A stretch of DNA of 32,000 nucleotides from Telmatocola sphagniphila. GTDB lineage: Bacteria; Planctomycetota; Planctomycetia; Gemmatales; Gemmataceae. The translations under genes and the position numbers were made by a program. The stretch is from the NCBI RefSeq assembly GCF_018398935.1, contig NZ_CP074694.1:3930001-3962000 (forward strand). Reading direction: 5' to 3'. Of this stretch, positions 1 to 8,186 are shown piece by piece. Under the pieces are notes generated by a model. It worked only from the letters and a program-made list of their open reading frames with translations, was not told where the DNA came from and made no database searches. Each line of letters starts with the position of its first letter. The stretch's first letter is position 1.

Positions 1-255
1 CGACGGGCAGCGGTGATACACCTCCTGGTACACGAAAAAGCTCGGCTTACCCCACAAATCCAGATCGCGGATGCTCAGAAACTTGTTCTTCTCCACCAAT
101 TGAAGCCGAGACTCTCGCTGGCATGTCTCGCAACAAAGATTGTCGGGCAACTCCCAACTCACGTGAAAGGCGTGGCCCCCGTCGATGCGTTCGTATTCGC
201 CAACGCTCACTCCGGCAGGGACGTCCATGTCTATGGCAATGGTAGTCGTCGTCAT
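1..255 (-). CDS. Transposase N-terminal 85 aa (ISL3-like zinc-finger region), partial and open to the window edge
   Basis: My own minus-strand translation from the ATG at 255-253 is MTTTTIAIDMDVPAGVSVGEYERIDGGHAFHVSWELPDNLCCETCQRESRLQLVEKNKFLSIRDLDLWGKPSFFVYQEVYHRCPS. The frame runs exactly to base 1. The pattern CxxC...(I/V)RDLD..G.......RCPxC resembles the zf-ISL3 N-terminus. It is absent from the ORF track because there is no stop in the window. The track ORF 13..312 (+) is its antisense shadow. Confidence 0.5.
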   Translation of the reverse strand, partial: MTTTTIAIDMDVPAGVSVGEYERIDGGHAFHVSWELPDNLCCETCQRESRLQLVEKNKFLSIRDLDLWGKPSFFVYQEVYHRCPS

Positions 256-256
256 C

Positions 257-350
257 GGCTCTTCCGTGAACCAGGAAAAGGGTACTCTCAATTGCAATCT
301 ATCCCAAAATGACCGATTCGCCGAGAGTTGCGCCTAAAAACGGAAGAGCC
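257..350. repeat. 11-bp inverted repeat, GGCTCTTCCGT (257-267) and ACGGAAGAGCC (340-350)
   Basis: Read directly from the sequence. The outer copy is the IS terminus. The inner copy lies 1 nt from the transposase ATG at 255. Confidence 0.8.
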
Positions 351-1592
351 CGGAATTTGCCAGGTTCTTGGCTATCGACCTCCAATTCTCTCCTGTCGAT
401 GATGGCACTCGCTCGAAATGTCTTGCTCCCGATTGACGACTTTGTTGTAGCCGGCTCACAGTCGGATATAGACCGCGGAAATCGGGAAGCAGATCGTATT
501 TTTCGTGCCCAGGGTAATCGTGCGGGGCGAGGTCGTTGCAACCGAGATGGAACTCCAAAAGAAACATTGGCACCTCAAGGACTGATACTGAGTACTGGTG
601 AATCAAATCCTGAAGGCCACTCTTTACTATCTCGAATTCTTTTGCTTGAAGTATCGCCGGGAGATGTTATTCCGCCCGAGGATTCGGGAAAATTTGATGA
701 ATTAGTGCAGATGGGAGATAGTGGGTCGCTGGCTTCCATAATGTCAGGCTTCATCCACTTTTACACTTACCAACGGCCCATCGTTCTCGATTTGATAAAG
801 AGTCTGAAATTGGAAGCTCGAAAGGCAGATTGGGGTTGCAATTGTTTACCCCGAACGGTGGACATCTTAGGCGAGTTAAATGGAGGATTTCATGCTTTCA
901 TTGCCTTCGCAAAGCGTGTGGGGGCAATTAGTGATTCAAAAACTAGCGAATTGGTCGAATTACTCCAAGAAACTCTTTGTGAGGTGGCAAGAGAGCAGAG
1001 TCTCGTTACCGAAGAAGCAGATCCAGTGGAGCAATTTCTTCAATATATCAGTAGTGCACTCATTGCAGGGCAATGCCACTTGCGGGATTTAGAAAACGAG
1101 AAACCAGCAGATTATGAAACAGTGCTTGGATGGCGAGTATTTCGGATTGATCACAAAACTCAAAAAGAGGATAATTCCTCCGAATCTAATCCAAATCCCA
1201 AAAAGGAACCCGTGAATGCCTTTTCAGAACAAAATTTCCAAGATCATTTTATAGCTCAAGGTGAGTGCATTGGCTGGATCGATGATGATGACATTTATCT
1301 TTCTATATCGCAAAGTTTAGAGGAAGCACAGCGATATGCAAAGAGCACAAGGCTCAAGCCCCTACCGCTTTCAGATAAGACGCTTGGAAAGCAAATGAAA
1401 GCGAAAGAACTTCTAAAAAATTCAGAAACTGATCGATGCACAACTCGAGTTTGTGTGGCTGGATCAATGACTCGAGTGCTCCATATTGAGAGACAAACTT
1501 TATTAGAGTATAAAACAGATAAAGCGAGTACAACGGAGGAATATGCATTTGAGCGAGAGAAACATGATTTTATGAAACTTTTAGGGGAATAG
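351..1592 (+). pseudogene. 3' remnant of a mobile-element helicase/primase-type gene (DUF3987/DUF927-like), with its 5' part removed by the IS
   Basis: The track ORF 309..1592 has its ATG and first 14 codons inside the IS terminal repeat. The native frame enters mid-protein: ...LLPIDDFVVAGS...ADRIFRAQGNRAGRGR...LILSTGESNPEGHSLLSRILLLEV. This resembles the region downstream of the ATPase core in island and phage primase-helicases. No Walker A motif is present. The segment is AT-rich; a spot count of one 60-nt line gave about 35% GC. Confidence 0.35.
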
Positions 1593-1649
1593 GCGGTTCT
1601 CATTTTAGACCGTTAATTTGATTCTGGAGCCCTATTCAATCCATCTTTT

Positions 1650-1678
1650 CTCATTTTCCAAGCAAAATGAGTTTTGTT
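1650..1678 (+). terminator. Putative rho-independent terminator after the 351-1592 remnant
   Basis: CTCATTTT (1650-1657), a 6-nt loop and AAAATGAG (1664-1671) are followed by TTTTGTT. This hairpin is nested inside an outer 8-bp stem, TGGAGCCC (1625-1632) with GGGCTCCA (1680-1687). The inner stem is AT-rich, so it is weak. Confidence 0.35.
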
Positions 1679-1992
1679 GGGGCTCCAATTTCTCAATCAT
1701 TGGTACAAGTCTCCGACGATCAATAGAGCAGAAATCCAAAAGGCGATAAAAATACTAATTTATTAACTATCGCTGATCTTATTATAGATTTAAGCCTTAA
1801 ATGCTGTGCGAGAATCACCAAAACGGAAATGAATACCCAAAGAATGAGGCTGTTTCTTCCATTTTGGCAGCTGGTTTTAAGCTGCTTTCACCCTTGAATT
1901 GGAAACATACTCAAAATTCTTCGTTCAGATTCTTGGAACAGAAAACCTCAAAAGATCTGAGTAGATTGTGAACTGTCAGAAATGGAGTCACT

Positions 1993-2724
1993 TCAAATAA
2001 TAATTCTCTCTAATCTTTTTTTTCTCAATTCCCAATCCGGCATGCACCGAGTTAAGAGGCGGTAGAAATCCTTGCCGTGGTTGTGGACCTTCAGGTGACA
2101 CAACTCGTGGACGATCACGTAATCAACGCAGTGAACTGGGGCTTTCACGAGATCCAGGTTTAGGAGAATGTTTCCGGTCTTCGTGCAACTTCCCCAACGC
2201 TTGGTCATCTTGCGGACAGTCATGTTCGGCAGAGTGGGAAACCGAAGTGAGCCGGTGGACTCGATGCACTGCTGGAGGCGGTTGGAAAACACCCGTTCGG
2301 CATGGGATCGGTACCACCCCTCAAGCAATCCAGAGACGCTCTCGTTGTTTTCTTTGTCAGTACACTTCACCTGAAGGAACTGGCCAATAAGCTTCACCCC
2401 CTCTGGACCACCCGTCTGGACTTTCAGCCGGTACTGTCTTCCGAGATAGACGTGGGTCTCCCCACTTACAAAACGACGGCCTGGTTGTGGTGGCCGGTAC
2501 TGCTCAAAGAACCTCCACTGACATACGATCCAACGAGACCGTTTGTCAACTTTGGCAAGCACGATGCCCAGATCCGACCCAAATGGAGCGACGACCTCAA
2601 GCCTCAACTCTGGATGAACCGTGATAGCCAGGTGTTTACGCTCTCGGAACTGAATCTGGAAGGGGATTTCCAGCCCTCCATATCGCAGGAGGTAGGATTC
2701 ACCAGGCTGCCCGTTTTCGATCAT
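1993..2724 (-). CDS. DUF45 / M48-type (YgjP-like) zinc metallopeptidase, 243 aa
   Basis: The protein has the HExxH motif HELCHLKVHNH near its C-terminus, with length and layout typical of DUF45. I prefer the ATG at 2724 over the track GTG at 2757, because it forms an ATGA overlap with the hsdR stop (2723-2721). Confidence 0.85.
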   Translation of the reverse strand: MIENGQPGESYLLRYGGLEIPFQIQFRERKHLAITVHPELRLEVVAPFGSDLGIVLAKVDKRSRWIVCQWRFFEQYRPPQPGRRFVSGETHVYLGRQYRLKVQTGGPEGVKLIGQFLQVKCTDKENNESVSGLLEGWYRSHAERVFSNRLQQCIESTGSLRFPTLPNMTVRKMTKRWGSCTKTGNILLNLDLVKAPVHCVDYVIVHELCHLKVHNHGKDFYRLLTRCMPDWELRKKRLERIII

Positions 2725-5700
2725 CCCGGATACCTCCGCCTGGCGATATCCAGGCACTTCTCCAGGATCAGGTCGATGTCCTCGAAGGTCAGGGACAGCC
2801 CCGTTTCCTGCTTCAAATCATGAAGGTAATCCTCGATCTGGTTCTTTATCCTGTTCTGAACGTCCGCGTTGCTCGTCCAGCTAACGATCTTCTCTGCCTG
2901 GATGATCTTATCGATCCTGAGAGCCGCATCCGCCGAAAGCTCCCGACCCTCACCAGCATCGGCGGCATGCCGCCCCAGCGGTTCAAGAAGAACGCCATAG
3001 AACGCCTTAGCGACATCATGGTTCTGAAGCTTCGCTGGCAGGGAATCCCCGCTCCGGTTGCGGATGGAGTCCGCGATCTCCATGACCTTGTTGAGGTAAT
3101 CCCGGTCAGCCAGTCGTTTCTCCCGAAAAGCTCGGATGGCTTCTTCCAGCATCTCGGAGAACTTGCGGTAGAAGGCGGGATCCTCCTCCATCCTCTCGAT
3201 AATGGTCTTCTTGGTGCGGTGGGCAATGGTGTCGGCCTTGGAGGCAGTTCCTTCCAGCTTCTCGATCTCCTTGAGGAACGCATCCTTGTCGAAGATGTTG
3301 ATGAGGGTCGTCACCTTCTCGACAGCCCCAGTGGTGACGTGGGTGTCAATCAGCTTCTGAATCTTGGCCTCGTACTCCTTGAAGTCCACGACCTCGGCGT
3401 AACGTTTCTTGACGGCTACCCGAAGTTTCACGAAGAAGGTCAGATCAGCCTTGTACTTCTCCACCTTGGCTGACGGGGTATCCTCCATGAACCGAATCGA
3501 GGACAACGCCACGGCCAAATTTCGTGAGTAAGCAGACAGCCGCTCGTAGAACTGCTCCCGAACCTCCTGGTCCGTGAGCCGCTGTTCGTACTGCTCTTCG
3601 TCCTGCTTGTTCTTGATGCCCTTGAAAATGTCCCACAGGTCGGAGTGCCTCTGAGGGAGCTTCCGGACCTCCTCGGCCAAGTCGGTGATGGCATCTTCCA
3701 GGTCAGCCGCGTCGAAGTCTTCGAGCTTCCCGTACAGATCGAAGGCCTTGTTCAGGTTCTGAAGAACCCCGCGATAGTCGATGATATAGCCGAAGTCCTT
3801 GCCTTCATACAGACGATTGACGCGGGCAATCGCCTGGAGCAGCGTATGCTCCTTGAGTTGCCGGGTCAGATAGAGTACGGTGTTTCTGGGAGCGTCAAAA
3901 CCAGTCAGCAGCTTATCAACGACGATGATGATTTCGGGGTGTTCCCCGTGCTTGAAGGAGTTGATGACGTTCTTGTTGTATTGCTCTTCGCTGCCATGCT
4001 TGGACATCATCTTTTTCCAGAAGCTAACTACGGCAGGCAGTTTTTCTTCGTCAACTTCTTCATTCCCCTCCCGGTCATCGGGACCGGAAATCAGCACTTC
4101 CGACGATACCAAATTGAATTCGTCGAGGTATTTCTTGTAAAGGAGTGCCGTGGATTTATCCTGGGTCACCAGTTGGGCCTTGTAAGGCGTTCCTTGCCAG
4201 TTGTCCCTGAAGTGGATGCCAATGTCGAAAGCAATCTCCTTCACCTTTTGCTCAGCCTTGTTCAACTGATCGGTGCTGGAGAACTTCTTCTTCAGGTCGG
4301 CCCTCTGCTCAACGGTCAGCTTGGCGGTCAACTGGTCGAACCATCGATCAATCGTCTTCCGATCTACTTGCTGTTCGACATCCCGCCCCTCATACAACAG
4401 CGGAACAACGGCTTTGTCTTCCACCGCCTGGCGAATCGTATAGGTGTCGATCAGTCCGCCGAACTTGTTGATGGTGTCCTTTTCCTTCCGCTTGACTGGG
4501 GTGCCAGTGAAACCGATGAAGCAGGCATTCGGGAGAGCCTTCCTCATTCGGGTGTGCATGGCCCCATACTGACCTCGATGGCTCTCATCCACAAGTACGA
4601 ACACGTTTTCACTCTCGTTCCGAAGTTCGCACTTCAGCACTGCCGTCTCGAATTTGTCGATAATGGTGGTCACCACCCGACTCTTCGTTCCTTCCAGTAG
4701 CTTGGCCAAGTTCCTTCCGCTCTGGGCGCGATCTGGCTCCAGATCGCAATGCCGGAAGGTCTGATAGATCTGGTCATCCAAGTCCACTCGGTCTGTGACC
4801 AGAACGATCTTGTACTCTTGCAAATTCTCGCGAACAATGGCTTTAGCCAGCATAACCATGGTCAATGATTTACCGCTTCCCTGGGTATGCCAAACTACGC
4901 CGCCTTTTCTACGCCCTTCCTTATCCTTCTGCTGAATCCGTTTGAGAATCTTCTTGATGCAGAAGTATTGCTGGTATCGGGCGACCTTCTTTTCACCCGC
5001 ATCGAACAACGTGTAGTTGAAAGTGATGTCCAGGAGTCGTTCGGGTCGGCATAGAGAAAACAAAGTTCGATCCTGGGGTGTGACTTCACGTTTCTTCTTC
5101 TCCAGATTCTCGAAGTAGGTTCGAACCATGGGATCTCGGGCAGAGAACAATCGATCCTTCTGCTTGGTGGTCAGAGGCTTATTCACAATCGGAGAAAGGA
5201 TAGTATCAACTTCCTCTTTCCAGACCGACCAAAACTTGAGAGCCGTCCCGGTCGTCCCGTACTTAGCCTCATTTTTCGAGACTCCTAACAGAAGTTGGGA
5301 GTAAAGGAATAGTTTTGGGATCTCATCATCCCGCTGATTCCGCAATTGCTGGGAGATGGCTTCTCCTATGGGGTCCTTCAAATCGGGCCGCTTGCATTCA
5401 ATTACTGCCAGAGGGATCCCATTCACGAAGAGGACTAAATCGGGTCGCCGAGGTTGGTGACTGGCCGTCCGCTCGACTTCAAACTCTTCCGTAACATGGA
5501 AGACGTTGTTGGTGAGGAAAGTTTCCGGTTTCCAATCAATAAAGAAAAGAGGGAAACTCTTGGTGTCTCCGTCGATGGTCTGCGACAGGCTTTTGCCCAA
5601 GATCAGTAGATCGTAAATCTTTTCATTGGTTCGCACCAGGCCGTCGAACAATACTTCCTTAATCGACTGAATAGCCGACTGGATATTTGCCTCGCTGAAT

Positions 5701-5909
5701 TCATACTCGGCTCCTTTGAACCGAATCTTGTTCAACTTTCGGAGTTGGGGGATCAGCACGCCGTCGAGAATGACATTGGACAGTTTCCTGTCTCGAAATG
5801 AAATCGCTTCCTCGGGGGTCAGGTATTGCCAGCCCAGGTTCTGAAGTAGCTGAAGGGCAGGAATCTGGGAGATGTCGTCCTCCAGAAAAGAGGGAAGTTG
5901 ATCGCTCAT
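2721..5909 (-). CDS. hsdR: Type I restriction enzyme R subunit, 1062 aa
   Basis: The N-terminal PD-(D/E)xK motif is RPDLVLFVNGIPLAVIECK. SF2 helicase motifs are HTQGSGKSLTM (I), VLVDESHRGQYG (II), FTGTP (III) and QAIARVNR (VI). The start is set at ATG 5909, with GGAGGG 6 nt upstream. The track start at 6017 is a TTG that would overlap the upstream gene. Confidence 0.95.
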   Translation of the reverse strand: MSDQLPSFLEDDISQIPALQLLQNLGWQYLTPEEAISFRDRKLSNVILDGVLIPQLRKLNKIRFKGAEYEFSEANIQSAIQSIKEVLFDGLVRTNEKIYDLLILGKSLSQTIDGDTKSFPLFFIDWKPETFLTNNVFHVTEEFEVERTASHQPRRPDLVLFVNGIPLAVIECKRPDLKDPIGEAISQQLRNQRDDEIPKLFLYSQLLLGVSKNEAKYGTTGTALKFWSVWKEEVDTILSPIVNKPLTTKQKDRLFSARDPMVRTYFENLEKKKREVTPQDRTLFSLCRPERLLDITFNYTLFDAGEKKVARYQQYFCIKKILKRIQQKDKEGRRKGGVVWHTQGSGKSLTMVMLAKAIVRENLQEYKIVLVTDRVDLDDQIYQTFRHCDLEPDRAQSGRNLAKLLEGTKSRVVTTIIDKFETAVLKCELRNESENVFVLVDESHRGQYGAMHTRMRKALPNACFIGFTGTPVKRKEKDTINKFGGLIDTYTIRQAVEDKAVVPLLYEGRDVEQQVDRKTIDRWFDQLTAKLTVEQRADLKKKFSSTDQLNKAEQKVKEIAFDIGIHFRDNWQGTPYKAQLVTQDKSTALLYKKYLDEFNLVSSEVLISGPDDREGNEEVDEEKLPAVVSFWKKMMSKHGSEEQYNKNVINSFKHGEHPEIIIVVDKLLTGFDAPRNTVLYLTRQLKEHTLLQAIARVNRLYEGKDFGYIIDYRGVLQNLNKAFDLYGKLEDFDAADLEDAITDLAEEVRKLPQRHSDLWDIFKGIKNKQDEEQYEQRLTDQEVREQFYERLSAYSRNLAVALSSIRFMEDTPSAKVEKYKADLTFFVKLRVAVKKRYAEVVDFKEYEAKIQKLIDTHVTTGAVEKVTTLINIFDKDAFLKEIEKLEGTASKADTIAHRTKKTIIERMEEDPAFYRKFSEMLEEAIRAFREKRLADRDYLNKVMEIADSIRNRSGDSLPAKLQNHDVAKAFYGVLLEPLGRHAADAGEGRELSADAALRIDKIIQAEKIVSWTSNADVQNRIKNQIEDYLHDLKQETGLSLTFEDIDLILEKCLDIARRRYPG

Positions 5910-6000
5910 GAAGATCCCTCCAGCGAAATAGCTGCCAGTAGTCGCACAAACTGTGCGACATTCCCAAGCTTCAATGCTCGTCGATTGGCCATGTTCACGC

Positions 6001-6831
6001 CTATGCATCCAGATCAACCGTAAAGTGGGGCGGGATATTCAACGTTGATTGATTGATCGGCCCTTGGTAACCCCATGACCTGATGCGGGCAATGGAGTCA
6101 TCCCTCTCAACGGTTGCAAGTCGAGGATCGAGGCTGACTTCCTCGAAAAGAGAGTTGGGGGCCACGTCACTCAGATAAAGTGCCCTGTTTGGATCAAAGC
6201 TGCCGTCGTTCGCCGCGTAGATGAGCCGAACCTCCTGCTCGTGACTGAAGGAATCCCGCTTAAAAAGCAGCGACTGAGCATGGCCTCGGCCCGTGCTATC
6301 AAGCACTAAGCTTGTTACCTGATCCTCGTCTTTCAGCATAGACTCAATGTCCTGCTGAGGCATGTAACGCACCCGGCCGATGAAGTAGCACAGGTCGCAG
6401 TACTGCTCGCTGTCCTTGAAGAATGCGGTAAAGAGCTTTCGAGGAGTGGTGCGGACCTTTACTCCCTCTTGCTTGTGAGGTAGGCCATTAAGCCACCGAT
6501 TGACCTTGTAGACAGCTCGGTGGAACCACCGACTCGGCAACTCCGATGGAAACGAGTAGAGCTTCCACATTGCCTCAGAGTCTGGGCACAGCATCCAGCA
6601 CTGGCCGTACATCTTCTCACGAAGGTCGCATAGGCCCACGATCTCCTTGGTGTTGATACTGGCCTTCGACTTAAGGAGGACGTTCTCAAATTTGTCCTCC
6701 CAACTCGCTGGCCTCACCAATGCCAATTTTCGTCCCTCCATAACCTGCCGAAATCGATCGACAGGGAAGATTCGATAGATCGGGACGTCGAGGTCCGGTA
6801 GGTCGAACACGTTCTTCGGATTGAAAGCCAT
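6001..6831 (-). CDS. DUF2971-like protein, 276 aa, located between hsdS and hsdR
   Basis: The N-terminus IYRIFPVDRFRQVMEGRKLALVRPASWEDKFEN matches the DUF2971 pattern (YR-type aromatic, then l.fs.P..fNDPFE). Later motifs are CWMLCPDSEAMWKLYS and HEQEVRLI. The assignment is from memory of the family consensus only. Confidence 0.5.
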   Translation of the reverse strand: MAFNPKNVFDLPDLDVPIYRIFPVDRFRQVMEGRKLALVRPASWEDKFENVLLKSKASINTKEIVGLCDLREKMYGQCWMLCPDSEAMWKLYSFPSELPSRWFHRAVYKVNRWLNGLPHKQEGVKVRTTPRKLFTAFFKDSEQYCDLCYFIGRVRYMPQQDIESMLKDEDQVTSLVLDSTGRGHAQSLLFKRDSFSHEQEVRLIYAANDGSFDPNRALYLSDVAPNSLFEEVSLDPRLATVERDDSIARIRSWGYQGPINQSTLNIPPHFTVDLDA

Positions 6832-6860
6832 AGGATGTCGCCTTTCAGCGTGTCACGCCT

Positions 6861-8186
6861 CTACTTTTGGTGGACCCGGACCTCGCCGGTTAGCAGCTTC
6901 TGCATGAGCCCCTTCTTCTGCTCCTTGAGGAGCCGACGTTGCCGAGCCAGCAACAGGATTTCACGGTCCATCGTGGAAAGACAATGAGCAATCGCCCTTT
7001 GCTCGCTCAGAGGTGGAAGATTCACAAGGTGTTTCAGCCACTGGTCCAGCCGGAAGATCATCTTTTCTAGTGCGACACCAACACTGGCGTGGAAGCAGGT
7101 TTGCTGGAAATATCGGGCGTGAGTCAGGTAGTTCAGAAACCCTGGGTCAAGCTGACTGCTCGGTTGGAGGCAGGCGTATTCGTTTGAGACGACCGCTCCA
7201 TCCAAGGAAGCAGGCACCATTCCACAGGCACCGTGAATGATCTGGCGTTTTGAGATCAGGAAGTCGCCAGCTGCGACAAAGAACTGGGTCTTTGTCTTGA
7301 TCTGCTCCCCACGGAGTTGCTCACGGGGCACTATTCCGCCTCGGTAGCGTTTGGCTGTTACCAACTGATAAACAACCTGGTCACTGAGTTCAGCCGGACG
7401 CTCGACGGCCTTGAACACTTGACGGAAGGAGTGCTGAGTCCAACCAGGGGGGCAAGTACTGACAGCCGGTATGCCCTCCTGAAAGCTCTTTCCCGTAATG
7501 CCAAACTCGACTTCAAGCGAGACGACGGAATCGTCTGGAGAGTCGCCAGGAAGCGGCCCAGGAGTTCTGTGATGGGTCCTAGAAGTTATCCGCTTCTTCC
7601 CTGTCAGGAGTTGTTGCATCAGCCCTTGTTTGAACCCAAGTTTAGCTGCAATGAGATCGGTGAGTTGACTGATGCACAGATCCCACATCGACAATACAGA
7701 GACAATTGCAACCTGTTCCTTCTTGCACTCTGGGAAATGAAGGACAAGTTCGTTAATCCGATCTGTACTCAGTCGTCCTGTTCCATGCCCGGCTTGGTCA
7801 ACCATCGACAGAAGGGTCCGCTCTCGCGACTTGAGCAAGTAACCAAGGTATTCCCCAACGATCGCGTCAGAAAGAAGTGCCCGGACATCTTGATTAAATG
7901 ATGCTTCCGAAGTGGTAATTCCAACAGGAACCTCTTTCAAAAGCGTCATTCCACGAACTAACATCAAAGGCGTCCCTTTCGGGACCTTTCGTGTTCCGTT
8001 CGAAGCCCCTTGCTCCGTGATCCGATCTTGCGATCCCTTTAGCAAGAATGACTTTAGATCCTTTGCCGAATACCAATCAAGTGAGCCATTCCAGTACGCT
8101 GGTGTCTCTCGTCTTGGAGTGCCTCCTGAGACCATCCGAACAACCTCGCCGAAAGAGTGGTCGATCCATCGTGATTTTGATGTCAT
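6861..8186 (-). CDS. hsdS: Type I R-M specificity subunit, 441 aa, with two TRDs
   Basis: There are two target-recognition domains, each followed by a conserved helix: ...KQGLMQQLLTGKKRI and LPPLSEQRAIAHCLSTMDREILLLARQRRLLKEQKKGLMQKLLTGEVRV. The start ATG (8186-8184) overlaps the hsdM stop (8185-8183) as ATGA. Confidence 0.9.
   Translation of the reverse strand: MTSKSRWIDHSFGEVVRMVSGGTPRRETPAYWNGSLDWYSAKDLKSFLLKGSQDRITEQGASNGTRKVPKGTPLMLVRGMTLLKEVPVGITTSEASFNQDVRALLSDAIVGEYLGYLLKSRERTLLSMVDQAGHGTGRLSTDRINELVLHFPECKKEQVAIVSVLSMWDLCISQLTDLIAAKLGFKQGLMQQLLTGKKRITSRTHHRTPGPLPGDSPDDSVVSLEVEFGITGKSFQEGIPAVSTCPPGWTQHSFRQVFKAVERPAELSDQVVYQLVTAKRYRGGIVPREQLRGEQIKTKTQFFVAAGDFLISKRQIIHGACGMVPASLDGAVVSNEYACLQPSSQLDPGFLNYLTHARYFQQTCFHASVGVALEKMIFRLDQWLKHLVNLPPLSEQRAIAHCLSTMDREILLLARQRRLLKEQKKGLMQKLLTGEVRVHQK

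Larger units (their letters stand above)
1..350 (-). mobile_element. End of an ISL3-like insertion sequence; the element continues past the window start
   Basis: Read on the minus strand from 350 inward, the sequence begins GGCTCTTCCGTTTTTAGGCGCAAC. I recall this kind of terminus (GGCTCTT...) for ISL3-family inverted repeats. A transposase-like ORF starts 95 nt further in, at 255. The boundary at 350 rests on this IR only, because the other end is outside the window. Confidence 0.5.

Noticed and set aside
2820-4700. Long plus-strand ORFs (2820..3473 at 217 aa, 3645..4700 at 351 aa, and others) lie antisense to hsdR. Similar ones (8669..9592 and others) lie antisense to hsdM.
   Set aside because: They lie entirely inside genes with unambiguous HsdR/HsdM motifs. 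Their sequences are low-complexity and Leu/Val/Gly-rich, typical of shadow frames in GC-rich coding DNA, and they lack RBS context.
5910-6017. The track version of hsdR has a 36-codon N-terminal extension (TTG start at 6017).
   Set aside because: The extension overlaps the end of the DUF2971-like gene, starts with TTG and has no HsdR-like sequence. The ATG at 5909 has a GGAGGG RBS and begins the conserved MSDQLPSFLEDDISQIPALQLL N-terminus.
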